DNA of 64,000 nucleotides from an uncultured Pelagibacteraceae bacterium (GTDB lineage: Bacteria > Pseudomonadota > Alphaproteobacteria > Pelagibacterales > Pelagibacteraceae). Positions 1-10,949 of the stretch are shown in pieces. Below the pieces are notes generated by a model. It worked only from the letters and a program-made list of their open reading frames with translations. It was not told where the DNA came from and searched no databases. The DNA lies in contig CACMRE010000002.1 of the NCBI GenBank assembly GCA_902616025.1, positions 48-64,047 of the forward strand. Reading direction: 5' to 3'. The translations under genes were made by a program, and so were the position numbers. Numbering within the stretch: the stretch's first letter is position 1; every line of letters begins with the position of its first letter.

Positions 1-534
1 TTCATATTCTTTACCTTCAACGTCAGCAATCAAAATATCAAATTTCTCAATATTTGTATCATCTAACTTTTTCATTTGATTAAAAATTTTTTTACTATGA
101 ATTTCAGAAGACAATCTCTTATTTTCTATATCATCGTTTGTAATAACATGCATTCCACCAGTATTATTTTTTATTCTTTCATTATTATTGTCCAAAAAAT
201 AGATTTTCTCATTTTTATTACCAACTGCAAAATTAAAGGTTTCAATATTTTGAATAAAATTTAATTTTAAATTTTCATTTAAATGTTCAAAAGTTGGAGG
301 ATAAGCCTCAATTGCAGTAATTTTTTTAAAAAACTTAGATAATGGTATAGACAATGTGCCTATATGACTTCCGATATTCAAGCAATGCTGAAGATTATAT
401 TTTTTTTGAATACGACCTATTAATAAAATTACATCTTTATTCCATTGAATACCATTGCTAAGTGTTTTTTGGATAAGGTCATTTTTATTTTTTATAAGAT
501 ATTTAACCCCATCAATTTCTGAAATTTCAGACAT
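1..534 (-). CDS. FkbM-family SAM-dependent methyltransferase (partial, runs off left edge)
   Basis: Not in ORF track. Manual translation from ATG at 534: MSEISEIDGVKY...CLNIGSHIGTLS...AIEAYP...FAVGNK...DILIADVEGKEYE. Has FkbM-type (D/N)IGxxxG and DVEGxE motifs. Confidence 0.8.
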   Translation of the reverse strand, partial: MSEISEIDGVKYLIKNKNDLIQKTLSNGIQWNKDVILLIGRIQKKYNLQHCLNIGSHIGTLSIPLSKFFKKITAIEAYPPTFEHLNENLKLNFIQNIETFNFAVGNKNEKIYFLDNNNERIKNNTGGMHVITNDDIENKRLSSEIHSKKIFNQMKKLDDTNIEKFDILIADVEGKEYE

Positions 535-554
535 TACACCGATTTATAATTATT

Positions 555-1082
555 TTACGTACCTGAGTTTTCTGGGTCTTCAGAATCTAAATTTTCACTT
601 TCAGAGACCTGATCTAAAGAAACGTCTCCCTGTTCTGCTTCAGCATCATCGGATACAGGAGCTTCTGGCACTTCAGGCTTTGCTGTTTCAGACAATTCTG
701 CTAAATCATCTTTAGAAACCTGAATTTTTTCAGGAGCTTTTCGTGCTCTTTTAGATGGTAGAATAGGTGTTCCACTTTTCGAGATCTCACCTTTATATAA
801 GCTTTCAAAATCATCACCAACATCCTCATCAGCTTCAGCACCATCATCAACTTGTTCTACATGTTTTCTTAATTTGTAGACAGCGCTTTCAGTTAAATCA
901 ACTACTTTGATATTTTCTTCAGCTATTTCTCTTAAAGCAATCACTGTATTTTTATCGTTATCACGATCTAAAGTTGGTTCTATTCCAGTATTGAGTTGAG
1001 TTGCTCTTTCTTTTGCAACCAAAACTAATTCATATGGACTATCTACTTTATCAATACAATCTTCTACTGTAACTCTTGCCAT
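555..1082 (-). CDS. rpoZ: RNA polymerase omega subunit with long acidic C-terminal tail
   Basis: MARVTVEDC...LVLVAKERA...[12 protein letters not shown] is the alphaproteobacterial RpoZ signature. Confidence 0.97.
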   Translation of the reverse strand: MARVTVEDCIDKVDSPYELVLVAKERATQLNTGIEPTLDRDNDKNTVIALREIAEENIKVVDLTESAVYKLRKHVEQVDDGAEADEDVGDDFESLYKGEISKSGTPILPSKRARKAPEKIQVSKDDLAELSETAKPEVPEAPVSDDAEAEQGDVSLDQVSESENLDSEDPENSGT

Positions 1083-1124
1083 GCCGGTTATCTATAAGCT
1101 GTGATTAAAAAAAGCAAGGATAAT

Positions 1125-2333
1125 TTAAACATATTCAGGATTTAACCTATTTCTAACCATAAACAGAGCAATTAAAGACAAAAATATATATACAAATGAA
1201 ATCACTGCTATTTGCTCAATAGTAAAGCCTTTGTCAATTAACAATCCAAATAAAGCTGTACCAAAAGCAGTAGAAAATACCATTAATGCTGTTGTTAATG
1301 CTTTAATTGATCCAATGTATTTTACGCCATAAATCTCAGCCCAGGTAGAAGATCCTAAGACATTCGCAAGCCCATTTGAAATTCCAATTAAACCAAGGAA
1401 TATAAAAGCAGAAATAGAAATATCTAAATAAAATAAAACTAACATTGAAATTAACAAAGGTATATTCATAAAGATCAATAATTTTCTACTAGTAAATTTA
1501 TCAATTAAAAACCCTGAGCCCAACAAAGTAATGACTGATAAGACAGAATAAGCCATAAATGATTGTGCTATGACAAATTCACCCCACTCTTTTGACTCTG
1601 TTATATATGACTGATAAACAAATACACCGGTAGCAATCCAAGGCATTGCTAACATATTCAAACAAACTATGTAAAATCTATAATCTTTTAAAACCTCAAC
1701 ACGTGTCCAATTTTTAATTTCTTTTTCAACAAAATTTTGATCATTTATATCTTCTCTAGAATCAAAGTTCAGATTTTTGATTAACGCAAAAGAAATAAAT
1801 GGTAAAAAAAATAGAATTAATACAGAAATAAACAACCAAATGTTTTGCCATGCAGTTAAAGTAAGTAAATAGACAATTAAAACTGGTAAAATAAATTCTG
1901 CAGTTGATAATCCAAACCAACCAATACTTAGAGCTTTGCCCCTAGATTTAGTAAAAAATCTTGAAATTGTTGTAGTTGCAGTATGAGACATTAATCCTTG
2001 ACCGGAAAACCTCATTAGAAAAACAGCAATAAATAAAAAAACTATTGATGAAATCTTCGAAAAGAAAAAACAAGAAAAAGCTAATAAAAGAGTTACATAT
2101 AAAGCAAATCTAAAAATATTTATATCATCAATTTTTTTACCAACCCAAATTAAAATAAAGCTGCTTAATAATGTTGCCGAAGCATAAATTGAGCCAAATT
2201 GTCCATGGGTTATTGAAAGTGTTTCTCTAATACTTGAGTTAAATAAACCAAGAAAAAAACTCTGTCCAAAACTAGAAAAAAATGTAAAGATAAATCCAAA
2301 TATAATTACTTTTAAACTTAAACTTTTAAACAT
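1125..2333 (-). CDS. MFS transporter
   Basis: About 12 hydrophobic segments; GxxxD motif-A variants (GKKIDD, GFLIDK). Confidence 0.9.
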   Translation of the reverse strand: MFKSLSLKVIIFGFIFTFFSSFGQSFFLGLFNSSIRETLSITHGQFGSIYASATLLSSFILIWVGKKIDDINIFRFALYVTLLLAFSCFFFSKISSIVFLFIAVFLMRFSGQGLMSHTATTTISRFFTKSRGKALSIGWFGLSTAEFILPVLIVYLLTLTAWQNIWLFISVLILFFLPFISFALIKNLNFDSREDINDQNFVEKEIKNWTRVEVLKDYRFYIVCLNMLAMPWIATGVFVYQSYITESKEWGEFVIAQSFMAYSVLSVITLLGSGFLIDKFTSRKLLIFMNIPLLISMLVLFYLDISISAFIFLGLIGISNGLANVLGSSTWAEIYGVKYIGSIKALTTALMVFSTAFGTALFGLLIDKGFTIEQIAVISFVYIFLSLIALFMVRNRLNPEYV

Positions 2334-2341
2334 AAAAAATT

Positions 2342-3211
2342 ATGAGCTGTAATGTTGCTTTCATTGGTCTTGGTGTAATGGGCTATCCAATGGCAGGATA
2401 TATATCAAAAGGTGGTCACAATGTAACTGTTTTTAATCGTACAAAATCAAAGGCAGAAAAATGGATTGGAGAATACAAAGGTAAAATGGCTGAAACTCCA
2501 GCGGATGCAGCTAAAGATGCGGAATATATTTTTACCTGTGTTGGTAATGATAATGATTTAAGAGAAGTAACTTTTGGTGACAAAGGGGCTTTCAAAACAA
2601 TTAAAAAAGGCGCAGTCTATATTGATAACACTACAGCCTCAGCAACAATTGCTAGAGAGATATATGATTATGCAAAGAAAAATGGATTTGGTGCATTAGA
2701 TGCTCCTGTATCTGGTGGACAAGCTGGTGCAGAGAATGGTGCATTAACAGTGATGATCGGTGGTGATCAAGCTGACTTTGATAAAGCAAAAGACAAAATT
2801 GATTGTTATAGCAAAAAAATGAAATTGCTTGGTAAAGCTGGTTGTGGACAATTAGCTAAGATGGTTAATCAAATTTGTATAGCGGGATTAGTTCAAGGAT
2901 TATCTGAAGGAATTAATTTTGGAATGAAGGCTGGATTAAATATGGAGGATGTAATCGAAGTTATCTCAAAAGGTGCAGCTCAGTCTTGGCAAATGGAAAA
3001 TAGATACAAAACAATGATTGATGATAAGTTTGATTTTGGTTTTGCAGTTGACTGGATGAGAAAAGATTTAAAGATTGCAATGGATGAAGCAAAAAATAAT
3101 GGTTCATTATTACCTGTAACAGAACTTGTTGATAAGTTTTACGGAGAAGTCCAAGAATTAGGAGGTAATAGATTGGACACTTCAAGCTTAATAAAAAGAT
3201 TTAGAAAGTAA
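2342..3211 (+). CDS. NAD(P)-dependent beta-hydroxyacid dehydrogenase (3-hydroxyisobutyrate dehydrogenase/tartronate semialdehyde reductase family)
   Basis: FIGLGVMG, DAPVSGG and KMVNQ motifs. Confidence 0.92.
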   Translation: MSCNVAFIGLGVMGYPMAGYISKGGHNVTVFNRTKSKAEKWIGEYKGKMAETPADAAKDAEYIFTCVGNDNDLREVTFGDKGAFKTIKKGAVYIDNTTASATIAREIYDYAKKNGFGALDAPVSGGQAGAENGALTVMIGGDQADFDKAKDKIDCYSKKMKLLGKAGCGQLAKMVNQICIAGLVQGLSEGINFGMKAGLNMEDVIEVISKGAAQSWQMENRYKTMIDDKFDFGFAVDWMRKDLKIAMDEAKNNGSLLPVTELVDKFYGEVQELGGNRLDTSSLIKRFRK

Positions 3212-3214
3212 TGT

Positions 3215-3814
3215 ATGCAACCAGCATACTATGAAAATTTTGAGGAAATTCAAAATAAATATTGGTCTATGCTCGATGATGCTGTGACTAATAGAGGTTC
3301 TCCTTTTAGAATCCCTGTTTTTATCTGTGCTCATCAAGATGAAGTAGATGGAAGAATTGTTGTTCTAAGAAAATCAGATAGAGCAAACAATCTATTACAA
3401 TTTCATACTGATATAAGATCACCAAAGGTAGAAATTCTTAAGAAAAATAATAACGCTTCTCTAGTTTTTTACGATAAAGAAGAAAAAATACAATTAAGAG
3501 TAAAAGTTGAGTGTGAAATAAATAATCAAAATTCTACTACAGAAGAGTCTTGGAAGAAAACTCAACATATCAGCAGAAGATGTTACTTAACTGATAGTCC
3601 TCCAGGAACCGCATCAGAAAATCCAACATCGGGTATGATATCTAAACTAGAAGATTTTGATTATACAATGGAACAAAGCGAGGAAGGTTACAAAAACTTT
3701 ACAGTTATTAAATGTAAAATAAAGTCTATTGAATGGTTATATCTCGCGGCTAGAGGGCATCGTAGAGCAAAATTTGATCTTGAAAACCATAAAAATAATT
3801 GGTTGGTTCCATAA
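3215..3814 (+). CDS. Pyridoxamine 5'-phosphate oxidase-like FMN-binding protein
   Basis: RIVVLR, FHTDIRSPK and QLRV motifs. Confidence 0.85.
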   Translation: MQPAYYENFEEIQNKYWSMLDDAVTNRGSPFRIPVFICAHQDEVDGRIVVLRKSDRANNLLQFHTDIRSPKVEILKKNNNASLVFYDKEEKIQLRVKVECEINNQNSTTEESWKKTQHISRRCYLTDSPPGTASENPTSGMISKLEDFDYTMEQSEEGYKNFTVIKCKIKSIEWLYLAARGHRRAKFDLENHKNNWLVP

Positions 3815-3817
3815 TAT

Positions 3818-4591
3818 ATGTTTAAATTTTTCAAAAGTTCAATAAATTCTTTATTAAAGTTAATTAATCTTAAAATTATAAATATAGATTCTTCATTCTT
3901 TATAAATAAAAAAGAATTATTTTCTTTTGATAATAATAATTCTGATTATCAACTTTATTTAGATGGTTTAAAAAAAAGTGGAAATAAAAAATCAGATAAT
4001 TCATTTAAACAATCTAGATTTTTAGATTTAATTAACTTAGTGAAATTTACTTTAAATAAAAATGAAATTGAAGATTTTGTAGAAATTGGATGTTGGCGCG
4101 GTCACTCGTCATATATAATATCAAGCCTCATCAAAAAATTTTCTAAAAAAAATATAAATTTTCATATTTTTGATAGTTTTGAAGGTCTTTCAGACAAATC
4201 AGAATTTGATAAAAATCTCTCTAAATTTGATAATGCTCAACTATTAAAAATACGTAATCAATTTAAATCAGATGAGGATTTTGTAAAAAACAAAGTTTTG
4301 GGTAATTTTAAATTTGTTAATACCTATAAAGGATGGATACCTGATAAATTTCATATTTTAGAAAATAAAAGATTTTCTTTAGTACATATAGATGTTGATT
4401 TATATGAGCCCACATTAGAAACACTAAAATTTTTTTTCCCCAAGCTTATTGATGGGGGTGTAATCATATGTGATGATTATAATTCGAAAGTATTCGATGG
4501 TGCAAAAAAAGCATGTGACGAATATTTTAAAGAAAAAAATTTCTCATTTTCTTTTCAACCAGCAACTGGTGGTTTCTTTGTAATTAAATAG
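3818..4591 (+). CDS. TylF/MycF-family O-methyltransferase
   Basis: VEIGCWRG, FDSFEG, VHIDVDLY and GGVIICDDY motifs. Confidence 0.88.
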   Translation: MFKFFKSSINSLLKLINLKIINIDSSFFINKKELFSFDNNNSDYQLYLDGLKKSGNKKSDNSFKQSRFLDLINLVKFTLNKNEIEDFVEIGCWRGHSSYIISSLIKKFSKKNINFHIFDSFEGLSDKSEFDKNLSKFDNAQLLKIRNQFKSDEDFVKNKVLGNFKFVNTYKGWIPDKFHILENKRFSLVHIDVDLYEPTLETLKFFFPKLIDGGVIICDDYNSKVFDGAKKACDEYFKEKNFSFSFQPATGGFFVIK

Positions 4592-4644
4592 AATTATATT
4601 AAACTTTCTCTAAGGATAAAAAGTGTTCGATATTAGAAAATATT

Positions 4645-5157
4645 TTAAAAAATTGATTTAGAATATTTTTTCCAATTATCTTGATAGTGCTTTGTGTTTT
4701 CAAAAACTGCTTTCTTTTCCTCTTCAGTAACTTCCCTTATAACTTTACCAGGTGAACCAATTACTAGAGAGTTATCTGGTATCTCTTTATTTTCAGTAAT
4801 TAAAGATTTTGCACCAATGATACAATTTTTTCCAATCTTAGCGTTATTAAGAATCACTGCACCAATTCCAATTAAACTATTGTCCCCTATCGTACATCCA
4901 TGAAGCATAACCATATGACCTATAGTTACATCTTTACCGACTTTAATGGGATATCCTGGATCGGTATGCAAAACACATCCATCTTGAACATTTGATCCCT
5001 CCCCTATATGAATATTTTCAATATCTCCTCTTAAAGTTGCATTAAACCAAACACTTGTATTTTTTTCTAAAGTTACATCCCCAATCACAACCGCATTAGG
5101 TGCTACCCAATTTTCGCCAGAGTTTTTTGGTTTTTTATCTTTTAAATCGTAAAACAT
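4645..5157 (-). CDS. Gamma-class carbonic anhydrase family protein
   Basis: Hexapeptide repeats; LRGD, NVQD, H..., GH...LHGC metal ligands. Confidence 0.92.
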   Translation of the reverse strand: MFYDLKDKKPKNSGENWVAPNAVVIGDVTLEKNTSVWFNATLRGDIENIHIGEGSNVQDGCVLHTDPGYPIKVGKDVTIGHMVMLHGCTIGDNSLIGIGAVILNNAKIGKNCIIGAKSLITENKEIPDNSLVIGSPGKVIREVTEEEKKAVFENTKHYQDNWKKYSKSIF

Positions 5158-5177
5158 AATTTATATATTATTACATT

Positions 5178-5732
5178 ATGCCAATACAAACTCCAATATG
5201 TGATTTCGGTCAAAAGGCTCACGACTTTAAGTTAAAATCAACTGACAATAATATTTTAGCTTTAGAGGATATTAAAGGTGAAAATGGAACCTTAATAATG
5301 TTTATTTGTAACCATTGTCCCTATGTTAAAGCAGTTACAAAAGATATTGCTGAGGATACCAAAAAATTGAAAGATTTAGGAATTAACTCTGTAGCAATCT
5401 GTGCCAATGATGCTGAGAATTATCCAGAAGACTCGTTTGAAAACATGATTGAATTTGCAAAAAAAAATAAATTCAATTTTCCATATTTGGTTGATGAAAC
5501 ACAAGAAATAGCCAGAACTTATGATGCTGTATGTACTCCAGATTTTTTTGGGTACAATAAAAATTTAAAGCTTCAATATCGAGGTAGATTAAGACAATTA
5601 AAAAATTTAGTTCCTGTAAGAGATGGTGATAGCGATTTATTTAATGCAATGAAACAAATTGCTGAAACTGGTAAAGGTCCTGAAAATCAAACTCCGAGTG
5701 CTGGCTGTAGTATCAAGTGGAAAAATAGTTAA
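5178..5732 (+). CDS. Thioredoxin-like/AhpC-TSA family protein
   Basis: FICNHCPYV, CTPDFF and GCSIKW motifs. Confidence 0.9.
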   Translation: MPIQTPICDFGQKAHDFKLKSTDNNILALEDIKGENGTLIMFICNHCPYVKAVTKDIAEDTKKLKDLGINSVAICANDAENYPEDSFENMIEFAKKNKFNFPYLVDETQEIARTYDAVCTPDFFGYNKNLKLQYRGRLRQLKNLVPVRDGDSDLFNAMKQIAETGKGPENQTPSAGCSIKWKNS

Positions 5733-6814
5733 TGTATTTAATCATTACAAGATCTTTTCCACCAGAGGTGGGTGGCATGCAAAGTTTAATGTGGGGTTTG
5801 GCAAAAGAAATGTCTAAAAACTTTATGATCAAAGTTTTCGCTGATTACTACGAAAATCATAAAGAATTTGATAAAAATGAAAATTTTTCAATTGAAAGAG
5901 TTGGTGGAATTAAATTCCTAAGAAAGATAAGAAAAGCACAGCTAATTAATGAATATTTAAAAGAAAGTAAAGTTCAGGGTGTTATAGCTGATCATTGGAA
6001 AAGTTTAGAATTAATAGAAACCTGTAAAAAAAAGTATTGTTTAATTCACGGAAAAGAAATCAATCACGCTAAAGGAAGCTATTTAAATAAAAGAGCAAAT
6101 AAAGTTTTAAATAGTGTTGAAAAAGTAATAGCAAATTCTGAATATACAAAGAATTTAGCTATTCAAAACGGTGTAGAACAAGAAAAAGTTATTGTTATAA
6201 ATCCAGGAATTAGCCCTGCCCAAGAATTAAATAAGACGTCATTAACTAAAGTTGAAAGCTTACTTAAAACAAAATCACCACGTTTAATTACAGTTTCAAG
6301 ATTTGATAAAAGGAAAAATCATGAAAAAGTATTAATGGCTTTGAGAAATTTAAAACAAATTTATCCAAATATTGTTTACATCTGCATTGGCTATGGAGAG
6401 GAAGAACAAAATTTAAAAGATTTGGTAAATGAACTCAATTTAAGTGGTCAAGTTATGTTTTTTAAAGAAATAACTAACGACCTTAAAAATGCATTAGTGG
6501 CAAAATCAAATATATTTGTGATGCCATCAGTAAAATATAAAAGCTCAGTTGAAGGTTTTGGTATAGCTTATATAGAAGCTGCGCAATACGGAGTTCCCTC
6601 TTTAGGTGGAACTGATGGAGGTGCAGCAGATGCAATTCAACATGACAAAACAGGACTAATATGTGATGGAAATAATCTAGATGAAATTTATTCATCATTA
6701 AATTCTATGATTGAAAATAAAAAATATTTGCATTTTGGTAAAAATGCAAAAGAGTTGTCATCTAAATTCGATTGGTCCAATACTATTGATGAGTATAAAA
6801 AAGTTTTAGTTTAA
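5732..6814 (+). CDS. Glycosyltransferase family 4
   Basis: FPPEVGG N-terminus; RKNH; EGFGIAYIEA. Confidence 0.92.
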   Translation: MYLIITRSFPPEVGGMQSLMWGLAKEMSKNFMIKVFADYYENHKEFDKNENFSIERVGGIKFLRKIRKAQLINEYLKESKVQGVIADHWKSLELIETCKKKYCLIHGKEINHAKGSYLNKRANKVLNSVEKVIANSEYTKNLAIQNGVEQEKVIVINPGISPAQELNKTSLTKVESLLKTKSPRLITVSRFDKRKNHEKVLMALRNLKQIYPNIVYICIGYGEEEQNLKDLVNELNLSGQVMFFKEITNDLKNALVAKSNIFVMPSVKYKSSVEGFGIAYIEAAQYGVPSLGGTDGGAADAIQHDKTGLICDGNNLDEIYSSLNSMIENKKYLHFGKNAKELSSKFDWSNTIDEYKKVLV

Positions 6815-8313
6815 CATTTCTTTTTTGAAAAAGTTTTATAGATATGCCACAGAACAATAAGAATTGTTGTAACCAATATACAAATTGTCAGAGTTCTATC
6901 CCATAAAAACTCCCATGATCCATTACTTAAAAGTAATGACCTTCTCAAATTCTCCTCCATCAAACCACCAAGAACAAAAGCTAGTATTAGCGGCGGCATT
7001 GGAAAATCATAAAGTCTTAAAAAAGTTGCAACCACTGCAATGCCAATCATCAAATAAATGTCAAAATTATTAAATGACATTACATAAATTCCTGTAATCG
7101 AAAAAAATAAGATTAACGGAATTAAATAATTTTTTGGTACTGCAAGAATTCTAGCAATGTAAGGAATTAATGGTAAATTTAATATTAATAATATTACCAT
7201 TCCAATATACATTGACATTATCACTGACCAAAAAATTTCAGGATTAGTCATATAAAGTCTTGGTCCTGGTTGTATACCAAAGCCCAAAAGTGCACCAAGC
7301 ATAACTGCTGTAGTTCCGCTACCTGGAATACCTAAAGTTAACATTGGTACAAAAGAACCTGAGCATGCCGCATTATTTGCTGTTTCAGGTGCAGACAATC
7401 CATTTACACTTCCTTTTCCAAATTTTTCTTTTTCTTCATCCTTTACTAAATTTCTTTCCATTCCATATGCTAGGAATGATGCAATAGTGGCACCTGCACC
7501 AGGTAATACTCCAATCAAGAAACCAATAACTGAGGATCTTGGAATAGTTCGATACATTTTACCTCGTTCTTCTTTATTAATTCTTATTGATCCAAGTTCC
7601 GTTAGAGAAACTTGTTTTGCTGCAGCTGTTGGATCATTTCGCTTTAATATGATTGTTAAGGCTTCGCTCATAGCAAATGTTGACATAACAACCAAAACGA
7701 AGCTTATTCCATCTGTTAAATTCATATTATCAAAAGTAAATCTTGTAATATCAGACAGAGAGTCTTGACCAACAGATGCAAGCATCAAACCAAGTACAAC
7801 CATCATCATCGCTTTTAAGAATTGTCCTTTAGATGAAAAAGCTGCTATTGCTGTTAACCCTAAAATCATTAACGCGAAATAATCTGGCGATCTAAACGAT
7901 AAACTTACTTTTGATAAACTTGGAGCCATAAACAATAAATAAATTGCTGATAGTGTTCCACCTGCAAATGAACTCCAAGCAGCGATAGCTAACGCTTTAC
8001 CAGCTTTACCTTGTTGTGCCATTGGATATCCATCAAAAGAAGTTGCAACAGTTCCTGGAACTCCTGGTGCATTTAACAAAATGGAGGAGGTAGAACCACC
8101 AAATACTGCCCCATAATAAACTCCAGCCATTAAAATCAGGCCTGTTGCAGGATCAAAACCATAAGTAATTGGTATCATTAAAGCAATTGCTGTCATGGGA
8201 CCTAAACCAGGTAACATTCCAATAATTGTTCCAAAGAAACAACCAATCATAACCATAAAAATATTTTGAAATGATAATGCTGTAGTTAAACCAATTAATA
8301 TTCCTTCTGTCAT
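6811..8313 (-). CDS. tctA: Tripartite tricarboxylate transporter large permease
   Basis: GMLPGLG, NAPGVPG, PETANNA and LTLGIPGS motifs. Confidence 0.95.
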   Translation of the reverse strand: MTEGILIGLTTALSFQNIFMVMIGCFFGTIIGMLPGLGPMTAIALMIPITYGFDPATGLILMAGVYYGAVFGGSTSSILLNAPGVPGTVATSFDGYPMAQQGKAGKALAIAAWSSFAGGTLSAIYLLFMAPSLSKVSLSFRSPDYFALMILGLTAIAAFSSKGQFLKAMMMVVLGLMLASVGQDSLSDITRFTFDNMNLTDGISFVLVVMSTFAMSEALTIILKRNDPTAAAKQVSLTELGSIRINKEERGKMYRTIPRSSVIGFLIGVLPGAGATIASFLAYGMERNLVKDEEKEKFGKGSVNGLSAPETANNAACSGSFVPMLTLGIPGSGTTAVMLGALLGFGIQPGPRLYMTNPEIFWSVIMSMYIGMVILLILNLPLIPYIARILAVPKNYLIPLILFFSITGIYVMSFNNFDIYLMIGIAVVATFLRLYDFPMPPLILAFVLGGLMEENLRRSLLLSNGSWEFLWDRTLTICILVTTILIVLWHIYKTFSKKKC

Positions 8314-8780
8314 CCCATCACTCCAATAGATTTTAAAAAGGGATCCCTTAAATAAATTTCAAGAACTCCGTGAAGCAAATACATAAATCCAGCAACAAAT
8401 GGAAAAGAAAGTAAAAACATTAAAACCCATCTTCTCTCACCTAAAAAGTAATAAGAAGCAAATAAAAATAAAGATGTAGTTAAAAAGTAACCCACTTTTA
8501 AAATTGTTGCCCCATAGATAATTGCAATAACAATTAGTAATGCTGTTTTTTTGTACTCTAATGTTCTATGTTCAACTTTTATGGTATCTGGATCTGGTAA
8601 GATTAATTTTAAACCAGAAAAAAATAAACCGGCATATCCTAAATAAATTGGAAAAGTTCTTGCATTAAATGGTGCATTTTCATCGAACGCAAAAACTTGT
8701 ATTTGATAAGCTGTATATAAATAGAATGCTGAGAAAATAAAAAAGAGCAGTGATATAATTTTTGTCGTATTTATATTCAC
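8310..8780 (-). CDS. tctB: Tripartite tricarboxylate transporter small permease
   Basis: Four TM segments; lies between tctC and tctA. Confidence 0.88.
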   Translation of the reverse strand: MNINTTKIISLLFFIFSAFYLYTAYQIQVFAFDENAPFNARTFPIYLGYAGLFFSGLKLILPDPDTIKVEHRTLEYKKTALLIVIAIIYGATILKVGYFLTTSLFLFASYYFLGERRWVLMFLLSFPFVAGFMYLLHGVLEIYLRDPFLKSIGVMG

Positions 8781-8808
8781 TGCTCTTTAAATTAATTAAT
8801 CCAGAGGA

Positions 8809-9789
8809 TTAAATAACTCCTAGTTTCTTCATAAGAGCTGTCATTTCTTTTGTTTGAGTTTTTAAAAACTTAACAAACTTTTTGTCTGGGTTATAAATAT
8901 TTACCCAGGCATTTCTTGCTCTTACTGCTTCCCATTCAGGAGTTTTTTGTACATCGCCTAACATTTTAGCAATAGCTTTTTTATCTTTGCTACTCATGCC
9001 TGGAGGACCAAAAAATCCTCTCCAATTTACGAATTGTACATCATATCCTTGCTCTTTAAGTGTAGGTGCATCAGGTGCATCACCAACTCTATCAGGCGCA
9101 GTTATACCAATGATTCTTACTTGATCTCTTGCTCCCATTAATTCACCTAAACCTGTAGATATAATTTGAGTTTCTCCAGATAAAAGTCCAGCTAATGCTT
9201 TTCCACCTGCATCATAAGGAATATAAGCTACAGCATTCGGATCTGCACCAGCAGCTTGAAATGCTAAAGCACCAATTAAATGGTCCATACTTCCTCTAAC
9301 AGAACCACCAGCCATTTTTATTGAACCAGGGTTTGCTTTATATGCATCAACAACATCTTTAAAGTTTTTGAAAGGTGAGTCTTTTGCAACTGCAATTGCA
9401 CCATAATCACCAATTACTCCAGCAATTGGCACAACATCTTTATAAGATAAAGTTCCACTTCCACTGACATAACCTTTGTGTCTTGTAATTGATCTCAAAA
9501 CTAGTGGTGTTGATTGAACTAAGATTGTATTCTCTGGCTTAGTATTAATCATGTAAGCCAGAGCTTTTCCACCACCACCACCTGACATATTTTCAAATGA
9601 TGCGCTTTTTAAAAATCCAGCTTTTGTCAAAGCTTCTCCAGTACCTCTAGCAGTTCCATCCCAACCACCACCAGCACCACCACCAATTACAAAGTGTAAC
9701 TTTTCAATTGCAATTGAGTTGACTGTTGTTGTTGATAATAAAAGAGCGGCAGAGAATAAAACTGAAAAAAAAGATTTAATTAGTTTCAT
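8809..9789 (-). CDS. tctC: Tripartite tricarboxylate transporter substrate-binding protein
   Basis: Signal peptide; GGGWDGTAR, ENMSGGGG and NWRGFFGPP (Bug family). Confidence 0.93.
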   Translation of the reverse strand: MKLIKSFFSVLFSAALLLSTTTVNSIAIEKLHFVIGGGAGGGWDGTARGTGEALTKAGFLKSASFENMSGGGGGKALAYMINTKPENTILVQSTPLVLRSITRHKGYVSGSGTLSYKDVVPIAGVIGDYGAIAVAKDSPFKNFKDVVDAYKANPGSIKMAGGSVRGSMDHLIGALAFQAAGADPNAVAYIPYDAGGKALAGLLSGETQIISTGLGELMGARDQVRIIGITAPDRVGDAPDAPTLKEQGYDVQFVNWRGFFGPPGMSSKDKKAIAKMLGDVQKTPEWEAVRARNAWVNIYNPDKKFVKFLKTQTKEMTALMKKLGVI

Positions 9790-9869
9790 TATTTCCTCTC
9801 ATTGTTATAGTTAATTACATAGATTAAACATACTTTTAGTAATCTAGTCAACAACCAAAGATAGAGTAC

Positions 9870-10949
9870 ATGCAGAACGTGATTCCCTTTAACCTAGAAA
9901 GTTTTAGGCAATTACTATCAAAAAAATTTTTATTAGTTATTGTGATCTCTATTCCTAGTGCAATTGTCGCTGACTTTTTTAAGGTCCCACTTGCCTGGAT
10001 GATTGGTCCGATGATAGCAACCTCCTTGATTGCCTTAAAAGGCTTTCAAGTAATAATGCCGAAATTGGCCCTAAGCTCAATCTTAATTATTTTAGGATTA
10101 CATATTGGAAACTATATTGATCAAAATTTACTTAATCAGATGGTAAATTGGATTTGGACCACAATTATAATGTTTTTTTATATTGTAATTAGTATTCTAA
10201 TTGTTTCTAAATATTTACAAAAATTTTCTGATTACAAAGAAAAAACATCTATATTTTCTGCAGCTCCAGGTGCATTAGGACCTTTAATGATTTTAGCAGA
10301 GTATGAAAAATCAGATTTATCTCAAGTAGCTACAGCTCATTTAATTCGGTTAATAATTATAATAACTTTATTCCCTTTTATAATAGTTAGTCTTTACCCA
10401 GCTGAAGCTTTAGAATTAGAAAAATTTGATTACATGTCTCAAAACCATTGGGAATTAATTATATTAATTATTGTATCGTTAGTGTTCATATTTTTTTTTG
10501 ATAAATTTAAAGTTCCAGCTGCACTCTTATCTGGAACACTAGTTGCAAGTGGAGTTTTGCAAATATCTGACATCGCGTCATACAAATTACCTGATGCATC
10601 AATAAATTTTTGTTTATTAATTTTGGGAGCTTCTGTTGGATGTAGGTTTGCAAATAAAACATTTAAAGAAGTGGCAAATAACTCTTTTCATGGATTAGTT
10701 GCAACCATACTTTTAGTTTTATTAGGTCTGATTGCAGCATACGTTGCAACATTTTTTGTAGATAATAACATTTTATCACTAATCCTATCCTTTTGCCCTG
10801 GAGGTATTTATGAGGTAGCAGTAATAGCGATTGCTTTTGACCTTGAGCCAGATTTTGTTGCTTTTCATCATATTATAAGATTGTTATTTATACTCTTTGT
10901 TGTGCCAGTGATTTTAAGAATAATTGAAAAAACTAGGTTAAAGAATTAG
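9870..10949 (+). CDS. AbrB-family duplicated membrane protein
   Basis: PLAWMIGPM; duplicated PG(A/G) and HLIRL/HIIRL motifs. Confidence 0.85.
   Translation: MQNVIPFNLESFRQLLSKKFLLVIVISIPSAIVADFFKVPLAWMIGPMIATSLIALKGFQVIMPKLALSSILIILGLHIGNYIDQNLLNQMVNWIWTTIIMFFYIVISILIVSKYLQKFSDYKEKTSIFSAAPGALGPLMILAEYEKSDLSQVATAHLIRLIIIITLFPFIIVSLYPAEALELEKFDYMSQNHWELIILIIVSLVFIFFFDKFKVPAALLSGTLVASGVLQISDIASYKLPDASINFCLLILGASVGCRFANKTFKEVANNSFHGLVATILLVLLGLIAAYVATFFVDNNILSLILSFCPGGIYEVAVIAIAFDLEPDFVAFHHIIRLLFILFVVPVILRIIEKTRLKN

Noticed and set aside
76-715. + strand ORFs 76-264 and 455-715
   Set aside because: Antisense to the FkbM methyltransferase and rpoZ.
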